From NCBI GenBank assembly GCA_028534125.1, contig CM052816.1:25980001-26044000 (forward strand): 64,000 nt of DNA, written 5' to 3'. This document shows positions 51,341 to 63,778 of this stretch, piece by piece. A program made the position numbers and the translations under genes. This stretch comes from Lama glama. Lineage: Eukaryota. Every line of letters starts with the position of its first letter. Position 1 is the first letter of the stretch. The notes below the pieces were generated by a model, which was given only the letters and a program-made list of their open reading frames with translations, was not told where the DNA came from and made no database searches.

Positions 51341-54300
51341 CCCACAGAGGAGAGAGACTTTTAAGATGTGAGGCCCACTTGAGGAATGGCAGCCTTCTCT
51401 TGTGACCTCAAAGATGGGCTGCTTTCCAAGTTGAGCCTCAGGATTCCTAGGTAAAAGCACATGGTCTAGGAACAGCCAAGCAACAGGGAGTAAGTGCTGT
51501 GGGTTGTAAGGCCCAGTGGGGAGGCTGGATCCTTCTGGAGTCAATCCCAAGAGTTTTGTTCCATTCTAGGGCAGGCTAGGGGGCCTGAGACTCCTAAACT
51601 GAATTTAGCCCTGCATGAGTTCTCTATGACTACAACCCCAACTATTACTACTTTGGGCGACTCTTCAGTGTCTACAAGACAGGCTGAAACAGCAGAGGAT
51701 GAATCAGGACAAGACTTGGCACGAGAAATAGGTGTTCCATGCCTGTATTGCGGCAGATGCAATTAATCAATCTTTGATGGTGACTAATCATTGACCTACA
51801 GCTTCCGCTCCAGTTCCCACTTCTAATCCTAACTTAATTTGTCTAAGCCTGCCCACCGTGCTTTCCCACGGACCCTTCTCCAACGTCTCCCCTCCAGCAC
51901 CAAAGCAGCCCCTTTGTTTGGGGCTTTGCTGACTCTCCTTTGGCCTTTAGAAAAATTCAGAAGGGACCAATACCTGCAGGAGATGGAATCCTCGTTCCTT
52001 TTCCTACGAGAATGGGCACCAGCTCATTGTCTTTCCAGCCCCAACTGCAGCTGCAGATGCTCTTTTACCGAGAGAAATCCGGAATACAAACACATTGTAG
52101 TCCTGATGAGCTATTCATGCTTTTTGTCATCAAAGAGCAGCATAAAAAGAATAATGCGGGCGATGTGCTTTTAGTCATTGAGAGCGTAATCAATTCCACA
52201 TTGTAATTGCCCCTGTCATCTGTTTACACACCTTTCATCGGTTTACAATCGAGCTCTTAAAAGGCAGGCTTGCCCCAGCCCTGCAGGTTGGGAAACATCT
52301 GTCTTCCTGCTCTCTGAACACGGCATAAAGGTTATGTTGAAAGAAAATCATCAATAACACTTTACAACCTGATTTTTTATTCATTTAATTCATAATTGTG
52401 AAATATTAGTGTTGGACATCACTTTCATCCAAAACAGAGAGCTTTTGCATGCTTGATTTGTATTAAACAGTTGATGTATTTAGATAATTTGACAGATTTT
52501 AATATATGTATTATTCATTTACATTAGGCTAATACAGTCTTGGAAAATTTTGCAGGCCAGTTATTGTCATCAAAGCTGAATAATTTTACAGATCCCAAGC
52601 TAAGCTTACTTTTTTTTAAAACATGTGTCTTTCTTCCAATTATAATTTTCACACCTCATATTTCTAGAAACTTCACAGGCATCACTAATATATTTCCATG
52701 AAGATTGACTTGTAGCAGCCTTCTATAGATACTAGAGCTGACATCTGTGTAACAGTGCCTGAGAGAAATATTAATATAGTTCCTGCTATAGGATGATCAA
52801 CATTAGGATGGCATTAACAAACCAATTCCTGAAATAAAAGCTGACATTGTATTGGGCATTCTGATCTTGGGCTTGACGGAGCACTGTGATCTGGAACCAA
52901 GACAAGACTGCTGAAGAACTGTAAACACCCCATGCAAGAGGGACCCTTGTTTTCTCTTTTAACTTTTTAGGCGTGTGATATGAATGAAATTAGAGAAGGC
53001 AGCGAGTGGCTTTTCTGGTTTTCTTGCTTCAACTCCTTTTTTCACAGCCTCCCCACCTGTAGACTTCCTTATTCTTAGGAAAAGATGGATAAAAGCAGAA
53101 AACTCACACAATGTTATATCTGTTTATCTGAAATGTGAATAAAATGCAGCCAAAAGTAGCAGATTCACTGGAGCAGAGATGGTGGGTCTTCTTTGTCCTT
53201 GGGTCCTGCACTCATTCCCAGGGAGGACCCCTCAGCACGCTCTCTGCGTCTCTGCCCAATGCTTCATGTCTTGTCTACAAGGAGTGTCTTCAAGGGTGGG
53301 ACCAGGTGGCTTAACTTGCAGTTCTTCAGCTCAGGGTCCCTGAACCCTTTAAAACTTCATAAAGTTACAAATATCATGTCATTTTACTGAATGCAATTCC
53401 TTTTGACTTTGCCTTTAAAAAACTTAACTTAGCCACTTTTCAGTCAAAAGATATGCATGAAGTATTTGTTACTCGCTCTGGTTACCAGCATTCCTGCTGC
53501 TCAAAGATGCCTGACACCCGCTCTCTCCTTCATGTTACTTGTAATCCAGGAGTCTTAGTTCTCTAACTAAACATAGCTACTTAGTTTTCTCTAGATCAGC
53601 GTCCTTTTTTTTTGTTTTGTTTGTTTTAAATTCCATATTCTCTTATCATGAAGTTGTTTGGTTTGACTTGTGTTAGAGGAGAACCACCTTTTAATCTCAT
53701 CTGTGTACTACTTTTTTCTGTTTCTGCATATATTGCTGTTTCCATCTTGCATTCACCATTTGAAGGAGTAAAAGCTTAACGAAGTACAGTGAGCTCCTCT
53801 GAAGGAGATAAAGTGACTGTTAGTTCCACCATTTCACAGTGTGGTGCTGAGTACCAAAAGCCCTGGATGAAAGGTCCTGGATACAAATGAACTGAGGTCT
53901 CTGGATACTCAGATGGGATTTTTTTTTTTCCTTCTCAAGGATTAGACAGAACCAAGCATTCCACGGTGATTAGTTGCAGACCATGCTAAGGGTACCCATG
54001 CAATTCCCAGCATTATGATTTTACCACAGGATGTAAACAGATGAGCTGTGGTTGAGAGAACCAGCTAAATGCTTTAATCTGTCCACTTCAGCCATCAGGG
54101 CAAACAGACCATCTCTAACACATAACACAACATTTGGCCAGAGCACAACCATGGCAGCTCTGTCATTTCAGATCTGGGACCTGCAGAGAAAGCACCCTTC
54201 TGACTTGCTTGCTATGCTTAAAAGACATCTAGAACATTGGAGTAGGAAAATGTCCTCTTTGTTGTTTTCATTGTCCACGTCAAGAGAGAATTCATTTTTG

Positions 54301-56691
54301 TAAAAACAATTGTATAACTTTTCTTTTGTCTTGGTCCATCTGTTAGAGACGAATTTCCTTTGTTCTCACGGCAAAGGCAGCCTTGACCTAAGGGTGCCTT
54401 TGCTCTTTATGTGCACATCACAAAGTCATAAAAATTGTGCAAGTCCATATTGATATCTGTCACAACACTGGAGAGGAATCCGTTCAGTTTGGAGTGGTTT
54501 GGTTCAGAAGGGATTTAATTGCTACAGATTCTATTTGTAAACTAGCGCTTTCCACCACATCTGACAATTTCACGAAGTAATTGTTTGCAGAAACAAAATC
54601 TGGATTTATTAATACTTACTGTTTTCCAGCTAAAATTAATTTTCAAAGTGTACTTTTGAGTGCCATTTACATTCAAAAATAAGTACAGCAGATGTGTTAT
54701 TAGGCCAGCTTTAGAATATTCCAGGAGACCTAAAGTGCCAGCGTTTACTGCGGCAAGGCAAATGAGTAAACCTCCCGAGTGATCAGCTCCATGGCACTAA
54801 TGTTTTATCTAATCCACTGCCTGAATGAGACATGAACAGATCTCTGCTTTGCTGCAATACCAGTCATTAGCAAAGTCTCCCTAGGTCTAGTTACGTTTAG
54901 AAGAAAGTAAATTACTTACTAATAATTTGGCCATTTCTGATAAATGCTTCTCCAATAATGTAGGATTAAAAATATATATATAAAGCTCCCTATGTCTGTG
55001 TCCCACTAAACAATATTCACAGTAGGGCTGCTTGATATTGCTTTTCAAAAACCTTAAGAACAACCATGTATATTTTTAGCTACAGGGGACTGATGTGTAC
55101 TGATAAAATTTTGTCTTGTTTCCTGGCCTCACTGAACAGAAGAGGACCTGTTAGAAATTCCCTTGTCTTCTCTTATCTCATGTGTATTTTTAAAAATAAA
55201 ATGGACATCTTGTTAAAAGATGACAAAATGCCTATTTTATTGCAAAAGTCTTCCTTTTCATGTAGAAAATGGATCTCGACATAGGTTCTCAAATTGCCAG
55301 GCTTCCTCAACGGAAGAAAGGTGACAGGGTGAATTCATTCTCCCTCCTTCATAAAAATGCTTTCCACCCGTATCCTCCTCTGCCCAGATTGGGCTCCGCC
55401 TCCCTGGGCGGGCAGGTTATTCTCCATGACAGGGGAGACATCTGCAATGCTTCCACACAACTGGAGTTGTCCACCTTCGTAAAGTCCCAAATGCATTGAG
55501 AGGTGGCTTTTCTCGCCGCAACTGTTTCGATGCAGAACCTACATGTGGAAGAAAGAATTCCCAACACGGAATGTGTCAGGAAGCTTTTTGATCTTTGGTC
55601 TTGGAAAATCATGGGGTTTGCATTTTAAGATACACATTTTTATGACGGCAAAGACCCTTTATGAGGCAAATAATGTGTGCTAAGCTGCAGAGTGATTTTA
55701 GGCTGCCGGTTTAGTAAGTTTGCACCCTCCTTTCTTTCTCAATGTTGTAGTGGGACATTTTTCACTTCAGTGTTTTTTTAAAAGGTTGATGTTATCCCCA
55801 GGAAACATTCAACGTTGGCTTTCTATATTTTATTTTCCTAATGAAAGATTGTAGTCTTCATATGAAATCCCTACTCTTGGACAAGTTAGTGTTTCTGGAT
55901 ACAGAAGAGTTAATTGTTGAGTGTCTGTTGGCTCCGTGGTGGAATGTCACCCTGGCCCTGGCTCCATTGGCTGCTTCATCTCATGGGCGGTGACACCCGG
56001 CTGGGGAAGGTAGGAAGGTTGGGCAGAGGAGACAGGCTGTTTTACGAGGTTCTCTTGAGGACCTGGGTTACTTATTGCCATTATCCCATCTTTGAGGACA
56101 ATGGCCAAAGTAAGACTCTTCATTTTGAAGACTGATTGTGATGGTTCCAGGGCTGTGGACCCCCTAAAAAGTAATTGTGTGTGTGTGTGTGTGCGTGCAC
56201 TTCAACCTTCTTAGTTGTAGAAGGTGCCAATCTCTGATAGTTGTTGTAAAAGGTAAATATAAATTGAAAACTTAAGTACATATTCTAATATGCACTGACA
56301 CATAGTTGGTATTCAGTAAATGTTACCTGATACTAAACTACAAAATCTTATACCCAAAACCACATAAATGGAGAATTTTATATTGTAAAAATTGCCTGAT
56401 ATTCTTTTTGTGCCCCTGGCAGTTTTCTATGATTAACATTCTAAATATTGATTGTTACTATCTTTACCTTTAAAATGAAAAAAAAAAAACAGGAAAAAAT
56501 GTTAAAGTCTAAATGAGGCTTTGTGGTCATAGACGAGGCAGACAGGATGCATATTTATTTTGTTTTGAATTCAGAAAGGAGAAGCAAGCGATTTGGTTTT
56601 TTAAGGGACTGTACTGGCTAAAGGCATTGGCCTTTGTTTCATTTTAAACATGATACACAACTAAGTTATTTATCTTTGTATTGTTCTAGAT

Positions 56692-58088
56692 CAGTGGTTC
56701 TCAGAGTGGGATCTTGAGGTAATCGGGAGTCCCCAAGACCCTTTTAGGGGGTTGTGAGGTCAGAACTATTTCTGTAATAACACTAATACTTTATTTGCGT
56801 TTTTCATCGTGTTATATTTTTATCATTGTGTTATTTATATTATATATATATATATGATATATTTATATCATCGTGTTAATATTTGTTCTGATGCTAGAAA
56901 AGCAATGGTGGATAAAAGTGCCTAAGTATCAGTCCTGATCATGACACCAAAGTATTCTTCGCGGCCACCTACTTGCTCTAGTTTCTCTTGAGAATGTCCT
57001 TGATAAAGCAGTAAAAGTATTCATTTTTTTTTATTACATTTTGACTCTGAGTACCTGTCTTTTAATGTTCTGTGTGACAAAACTATGCATAAAGCACTTC
57101 TGCTGCAGATGGAAGTACAATGGTTGTCTTGAGGAAAAGAAAGCTCTTGTGTGATTGTTTGAGTTGCAGGCTGGACTATCTGCCTTTTCCGTGGAGCGTC
57201 ACTTTCACTTTAGAGAATGAATGATGGACAAACTGCTTATTCAGACTTGATGTTTGGCATATGTTTTCTCAAAAATGAACAAAATGAGCTTGTTACTTCA
57301 GGAAAACCATCTGACATTATTTGCGGCCAATGATAACGTGAACTTTTAAGAAAAATTACAATTTTGAAAAATAAGTATTTGCCCTTATGAGCTTGACAGC
57401 TTTTAGATACCTAAGGGGCTTTGATGAGATCACTGGTGATATTATCAGATGTGATTACTTGATATTGTATAAGAAAGTAAGTTACCTTTTGGGAATCCAC
57501 ATACCTCAGGGAGCAAAACATTTCCCAATGACCAATGCATATTGCAGACTTATGAACGGATTGAAGAACCATCCTGAGTATAAAGTAGACCAATGGATTT
57601 TAATGAAGAGACTAAAAAGTTCACTGACATAGTTTCAGATTGCTTATTGCAACTAATTTGTAAGAACTACTGTTCGTTAAATTTTGGTGTAGTATTAAAG
57701 AATATTTATAGTTATCTAAAAAAGCCATTAAAATGCTCCTCTCTCTTTCAACTAAGTATCTGTGTGAAGCCAGATTTTCTTCATCTACTTCAACCAAAAA
57801 GTCATATTGTAACAGACTGAAGTAGAAACAGACATGAAGTTACAGCTGTCTTCTATTAAACCAGACACGAAAGAGATTTGCAAAGATGTAAAACAATGCC
57901 ACTTTTCCCTTGGTTTTTGAAAATATGATTATTTTCACTTAAAAACTTGACATGTAATGGGTGGATTTCATTTCCAGTAGGGTAAATATTGACAGGTATA
58001 ACCTATATAAGCCAAAGCTCTCTGGGGTCCTCAATAATTTTTTCAGAGTGTAGAGGATTCTGAGACCAGTAAAGGTTGAAAACTGCTA
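56692..58088. mobile_element. Charlie1-like (Charlie1a-sized, ~1.4 kb) hAT DNA transposon, decayed
   Basis: Left TIR cagtggttctc, degenerate right end gaaaactgcta; hAT-type 8-bp flanks ttctagat (56684-56691) / tgctagat (58089-58096); internal 'ccccaagaccctt...gaggtcagaactatt', 'gcataaagcacttctgctgca...atggttgtcttgagga', 'cagctgtcttctattaaaccagaca'. Confidence 0.88.
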
Positions 58089-58326
58089 TGCTAGATGGCA
58101 TAGCAAAGAGTTGAAAAAGTCAACCAAAGTGTTAGTCTTTGGCAGGTATCATTTCCACTCCATGATCTGGTCCATCCTGAGCAAAGGCATTCACTCCTAG
58201 AATGCATGTGAACTGGGAAATGTCATACTCTCTCTTGTGCAATATTCATCTTCCGTTTCTCACCACCCATGAAGTTATCAAAGCACATTAACATCCTGCA
58301 GACTGTAAGAAAGAAATCTGTGAACT

Positions 58327-58398
58327 CTTTTTTAAAATTTTATTTATTTAAAAAAAATTTTGTTGAAGTATAGTCAGTTACAATATGTCAGTTTCATG
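58327..58398 (-). mobile_element. Very short L1 3' terminus
   Basis: 'ttttgttgaagtatagtcagttacaatatgtcagtttc', the same terminal motif as at 23391. Confidence 0.65.
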
Positions 58399-59302
58399 CT
58401 CGCTCTTCATTTTCCAAATTTACGAGGTGAGAGATTGATGTTGTGATTAATTATCCTTAAGCGATGATGTACTAAGGAAGTATTTTGGGTTTTCCCCAAA
58501 TGTAATTTTTGGTTCTGGATCTCATTGTTGTAATGTGCATTATTGTCTTACTGTATATTACTTTAGTTATTCTTAACATGTTTTATTTTTAATTTTGAAT
58601 ATTTTGAAAAGTCAGCAAAATTCAGAAAATCATGGTGAGCTCCACAAACATGCCACTCCAGTTCACAGAGGTTAGTTTGTAACATTTGTCTCAGGTCATA
58701 ATCTTCAAGGTGGAAAAGAAGACAGGGGAAAGGGAGTACAGGTGTATCCTTCTGAAATCTTTTTTCTTTCATTCCATGTTTGTTTTTGAGATTTATCCAT
58801 GACAAAACATACAGATCTAGTTAAGTTAAAAACTGCTGTGAAGCATTCTGTTGTATAGGTCAATTCTCAAGTTTCTTGCATTTTTAATCGTTAAAAAATT
58901 TTAATTCCTTATTAAAGTATGAATGCATATGGCAGGAAAACAAGGCAAAAATACTTCTTATTCTGGTCAAGATTTGCAGAAGTTTAAGCAACTTTTAAAC
59001 TTTAAAGGTTGTGGCAAAGTCATGGCAACCTGTGGTATTTAGATTTTTAGATACCATGTAGTTTGCACACTGGCTTTTGGTTTAGTTTTGTGCATATATT
59101 CTAAGCAAGCAATTGACTTCTATGAATTATTTTTAAACCTAACTTAGCACTTTTAATTATGATCTTCAGCATACATCTTTATGTATAGTACTGGAAAAGA
59201 ATTTTGAATCTGATGGAATTCTAAATCATCTTTTGTGTTTGTGTACCTGAGAGAAAGAGATAGTATTTGGGTAATAATTATCATGCAATTGGTCCAGATA
59301 AC

Positions 59303-59692
59303 TGCTATGAACTGAATGTTTGTATTCCACCCCACCCCACCCCACCACCACCAAGTCATATGTGAAGCTCTAACCCCTAAGGTGACTGTATTTGGAGATA
59401 AGGTTGACAAGGAGGTGATAAAGGTTAAGCAAGGTCACAGCTGTAATGCCCTCATCTGATAGGGTTGGTATCCTTATTAGAAGAGGAAGAGCACCAGGGC
59501 TCTCTCCTCCACGTGAGGGCACAATGAGAAGGCAGCCATCTGCAAGCCAGGAAGAGAGTTCTCCCCAGGAATTGAGTCTGCCACCACCTTAATTGTGAAC
59601 TTCCCAGCCACCGGAACTTCAGACATAGGTGTCTGCTGTTTAAGCCGGGTAGCGTGTGGTATTTGGTATGTCGGCCTCAGCTGGCTAATATA
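59303..59692 (+). mobile_element. MLT1A-like solo LTR
   Basis: Start 'tgctatgaactgaatgtttgt', 'gtgactgtatttggagatag', 'gagaaggcagccatctgcaagccagga'; perfect 5-bp TSD ataac (59298-59302 / 59693-59697). Confidence 0.92.
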
Positions 59693-59758
59693 ATAACCTT
59701 TGTATTTCAACATTTGTGGGGGCGTTATCATTTTAAGGAGTGACCAAAGGAGTCTTCC

Positions 59759-60347
59759 TGAGACAGGAGGGAAGAGGGCAGGGTACAGCCATAGAAGGAA
59801 TGGCACGGCAGTGGAGGACAGGACAAACTGGTTAGAAGCAAGATGGTGGAAGATTCTATTTGCAGTAGGCCTTGAGCCTCATGGTGTGCTCACAGGGGCT
59901 GTGACAGTTTCTAGGCTGACCATAAAAGGTCGAAAAGTGGGCAGGGGCCCAGTTCCTGGAAATCCTCACCCCTTCCCCAAAATAGTTGGAATAATCCTCC
60001 CACTTGTTAGCATGTGAAACTACTGAGCTCATAAAACCTAACAACCCTGCACCTTGTAGTTGCTCTCTCTCTCTTGCCTTCTGAGACAGCCCGCACTCTG
60101 TCTATGGAGTGTGTGTCTACTTTTACTTTAAATACCCCTACTCTTGGTCTCTCTCCCTCTTGCCTTTTGAGGTGGCCCGCATTCTGCCTATGGAGCATGT
60201 ATTTCCTAGCCACTCTCTCTTCTGAGTGAGGTGGACTGCACTCTGTCTATGGAGTGTGTGCATCTGGAAATAAACTTGCTTTCACTTTACTATGCATCAC
60301 TCTCGAATTCTTTTCTGCACAAGACAAGAACCTATTCTCTGGCAACA
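59759..60347 (+). mobile_element. Solo LTR, ERV1-type
   Basis: tgagac...gcaaca termini, perfect TSD ttcc (59755-59758 / 60348-60351), AATAAA 60269-60274. Confidence 0.9.
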
Positions 60348-60899
60348 TTCCTGAGTTTTGTTTATAGTCTGTGTCTCAGAATCAGTGAAATGCAGAGTGT
60401 AATGCTGGACTGATCTGCTATTACTGGCTGGTTCTTCCTCAGAATGGAGCAGAGTTACTCACTGTGGCTCGATTAGTCTGGTCCCTAGTCTAAGTGTTGG
60501 TGAATAAGTTAATCACTGCACATTATTATCATTGCTGTCTTAAAGATGAGGAAATCGACTTTCCAAGAGTCACACAGTTAAACTTGAACTATACCAATCG
60601 AGTACTCTTCCAATATCACCCTGCCTTTCAGTTTCAAAATTTCATCATGAATCATTTTATCGGTATGACTCACATCACCCTCAAGAGAGCTCTGATCTCA
60701 GGGAAGCTTTGTGCGAAGAAAGGGAACCATAGGAGCTGTATGACATTTAAGTGACCCAGAAACTTCTGAAAATTCCAACAGCGATGTTTTATGGAGTTAT
60801 GTGCCACTTAGAGGAACCAGCTTCTAGTAAGTGGCTTACCAAGGCTAAGGAGGGAGTGGAAGGTTCAACTGCTGAAAGGGAGAAAGTGGCTTGGGCTGT

Positions 60900-61267
60900 G
60901 TTTTTAGCTTTCAGCCTATCAAGGTCCTGGCAAGAACATCACTCTCAGGCTGTGTGTTTGATGGGCATTTCTAGGAGGTCCTAGTAACAGAGTTTTGAAA
61001 AAGCAGCTAAGGATGGGACAGCATCTCCAAGGAATAGTCAAAGTGCAGAGCTCTGTCTTCCTCAGGCCTGGAGGGGAAAGTGGAGGGAGCCGTTATAGGA
61101 ACCCAGAGGGAGAATCCTGTGGGATGGCCCCCTGATGGGGACTTTGACCTTCAGTGGGGATGCACAGCCTGTTCATAGTGCCTTCATTCTGCTTTCACCC
61201 TCTGCTCTCTGCAAAGAAGGGGAGGTGGGAGTGGTGGCTTTACCCAAACAGAAGCCAAGGAGCAAAG
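60900..61267 (-). mobile_element. Degenerate LTR33-family-like element, interrupted by the LTR at 61268
   Basis: 'acccaaacagaagccaaggagcaaag|gagtacctgtaggtctgcc' rejoined across the insertion resembles the antisense LTR33 core. Confidence 0.45.
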
Positions 61268-61869
61268 TGAGGTCGGAAGCCCCATAAAAAGACTGGCAGG
61301 AACCCCCATCCCCACCCCAAGCAGGGCCACTATTCTCCTGCCAGCACCATCCGTTTCCCTGACAGGGAAGCTCTATCTCACTTTTTGCCTCTGAAACGGC
61401 TTACTTACTCCTAAAATTCTATTGGTTCCCTGAGGTCTCTTCTGATTGGTTATTTCCTTCACTCCTGATTGGTTATTACTCTCACTTCTGATTGGTCCAC
61501 TTCCACAACTTCTGATTGGTCCATTTGTAGTACTTCATTTGCATGGAGCTCACTCCTGACTGGTTATTTCTCTCACTCCTGATTGGTCTACTTCTACAAA
61601 GCTTCTTCCTGGTTGGTCAACTTCTGTGATACTCTATTTGCATATGATGTTGCAAAGTGTAAAACTGGCAGCCTATAAAAGCCTATGTAAACCTATGGAC
61701 AGGGTCCAGAGCTTGGAGTGTTAACTGCTCTGGGCCTGCTGGGGTAATAAACCTGAGTTCTCCAACTCTCTGAGTGCTGCTTGGTCTCTTGACCAGATCC
61801 AGGTTGCTGTCACAACTGAGCCATAACACTAAGCTGTAACATGGAGCTGTAACACATTTTTCCGCAACA
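61268..61869 (+). mobile_element. Solo LTR (ERV1-type) with CCAAT-box array
   Basis: tgaggt...gcaaca termini, perfect TSD aaag (61264-61267 / 61870-61873), TATAAAA 61674-61680, AATAAA 61746-61751. Confidence 0.92.
61418..61680 (+). promoter_or_regulatory. LTR U3 promoter: repeated inverted CCAAT boxes, two octamers, TATA box
   Basis: Six ATTGG plus two degenerate copies; ATTTGCAT at 61537-61544 and 61636-61643; TATA at 61674. Confidence 0.65.
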
Positions 61870-62085
61870 AAAGGAGTACCTGTAGGTCTGCCTGGCAGCC
61901 AGCGCACATGCACACCCCGTGGACTAGCAGGTGAGAACATCTGGGATCTCTTGTCCTAACTGTGGTCTCCAGTCCCCACCCTGTGTCTTCCCCATCTCCC
62001 TTGGCCTCTACTTACCTTCCTGATAGCTCTCCACACCACTCACTGTGCTCAGCCACAGGGACCTTGGGCCATTGGCTACTTATGC

Positions 62086-62487
62086 TATTAAAGGAAAAAA
62101 GTATTCAATGACACTTGTTAAGTTGGTAGGGCCGACTTTATTCAGGACCATCACATTAGGTATAGGGTTGACTGTAATGGGATTTTACAGTGCGGGGCGA
62201 GAGATGGGGCTCAACTCCGAATGTGACTTTGGCAAGAGGGAACATAGAGCCAAGGAGGAGAGTAGGGGGTGGAAAGTTACTCAGAGGAAACATCAGGGGA
62301 ATTCTGGCTCAACTGACCTCACAGGATTCTCTCCTGTAGGCAAGCCAGGGTGATGAGACATTGCCTAGGGCAGGGTGGGTTGTCAGATTCACGAGATGAT
62401 TGAATACTGAGGATGATCAGATGTCAAGCATGCAGCGTTCTGGTTAACCTGACTTAGCAGGGTTCTTGCTAAAAGCAGATTTTACAA
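62086..62487 (-). mobile_element. MER31-like ERV1 LTR, truncated at its right end, nested in L2
   Basis: 'attcaatgacacttgttaa...gactttattcaggacca...gggctcaactccgaat...gaggaaacatcagggg...ctgacttagcagggttcttgctaaaa'. Confidence 0.75.
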
Positions 62488-62499
62488 TCTGGAGAGTAA

Positions 62500-62738
62500 A
62501 CCCCATTCACTTGTCTCTTTTGTTGCCCTGTTTTACTTCCTTCATGATCCTCAGGGTTTCTTAGGTTGTTACCATTCTTATTCTTTTCACCCCCGGTGAG
62601 CTGAAAGCTCTGTGAGAGCAGGGCCTTGTGTGTTTCATTCTCTGCTTGATCCCTAGCCCCTGGGACAGTGTTCGGTATAGTTTAGACTCTCAAGACATAT
62701 ATTCTGAATCAAGGAGTGAGTGAATGAATGAATGAGTG
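62500..62738 (+). mobile_element. L2 3' end
   Basis: 'gaaagctctgtgagagcagggccttgt...ccctagcccctgggacagtg...gtgaatgaatgaatgag'. Confidence 0.8.
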
Positions 62739-63489
62739 GAGTGTTCTGGGTGTGCAGTATGAAGCACAAACTCAGAACCAGAAGCTGGGATGCAGCAAAT
62801 ACACAAGGCAGCTGAGGGCACTGGCTGGGATATGGGACGTTCTGTAACAGAGCATCATCACATTATGTCTTTACGCCGTCTCAGCCAAATTTACTGGCCC
62901 CAGGATGACAAAGTCATTGTTGAACCCAGTATTTCAACAGTGTTGTCCTCACTGCCTGTTAGAAAGTCTAAACTGGAGGCCTTGATAAATGGCAACAAAT
63001 GCTCTTGTTTTCAATGAGAATCTTGGAAACATCAGGCCCAAAGTCAATTTCATGCTTTTTTGGGAAAGTCTAACAGTTTAGGGGATGCATTTATGTTTTC
63101 TTCATGGTACACTATTTAACTCTCCGTACTGTTCTTACATTAGAGAGTTTATAATCTTGGTTCTTTTGACCAGGATTTTAAATATTTTTATTGAATTTCT
63201 AATTTACTTTGCAGGTTGAGAGGATCCAGTATGCACCATTAGCTTATAAATGCAATGACCACGGATTCTATTTTTTTTTTTTTTTGCCAAGCTTAGCTTC
63301 CCCTAATAATTTACATTTCCATTTGTCCAGGAACATTCTTTTTTTCCACTCTTTTAATTTTAGTTCTTTCAGGAATGAGTATTTCTAAACTTCTTGTGAT
63401 TAACAATAATTACTTTCCCTTTTAGAAACAACTGAACCTTAAATTTTGGGATTCTTGCTCCATTTAAGATACTTAAAAAAACTAGAATG

Positions 63490-63778
63490 AGTACATTCAT
63501 GAGTTAAGAATTACTGAGGGGCTCGACTCTGCTGGATGCTCTCCTGGACGCTGGCATTTTCATAAGGAACAAGAAAGACCTGGTTCAGGTCTCATGGAGT
63601 TTTTTTAAGGGAGAATGGGCTTTTAAAAAACCCGGAAAATAAATAGTTGTAAGTTGTGTAAGGTAGCGCACCACAGAAGCCTCATTTTAGGTAGGGTGTT
63701 CAAGGGGGCCCTTTCTCAGGAGCTGAAGGGTGGGCAGGAGGCTGTCATATGGGGAAGAGGGGGGAACCCTGGTGCATT
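63490..63778 (-). mobile_element. L2 3' fragment
   Basis: 'attactgaggggctcgactctgc...gaacaagaaagacctggttc...ctcatggagt'. Confidence 0.55.

Noticed and set aside
57387..57820. ORFs inside Charlie1 as a domesticated transposase
   Set aside because: Short, frame-broken pieces of an internally deleted element
61418..61620. Regularly spaced repeats resembling a CRISPR-like array
   Set aside because: Eukaryotic LTR U3 tandem units with related spacers, bounded by LTR termini and a TSD
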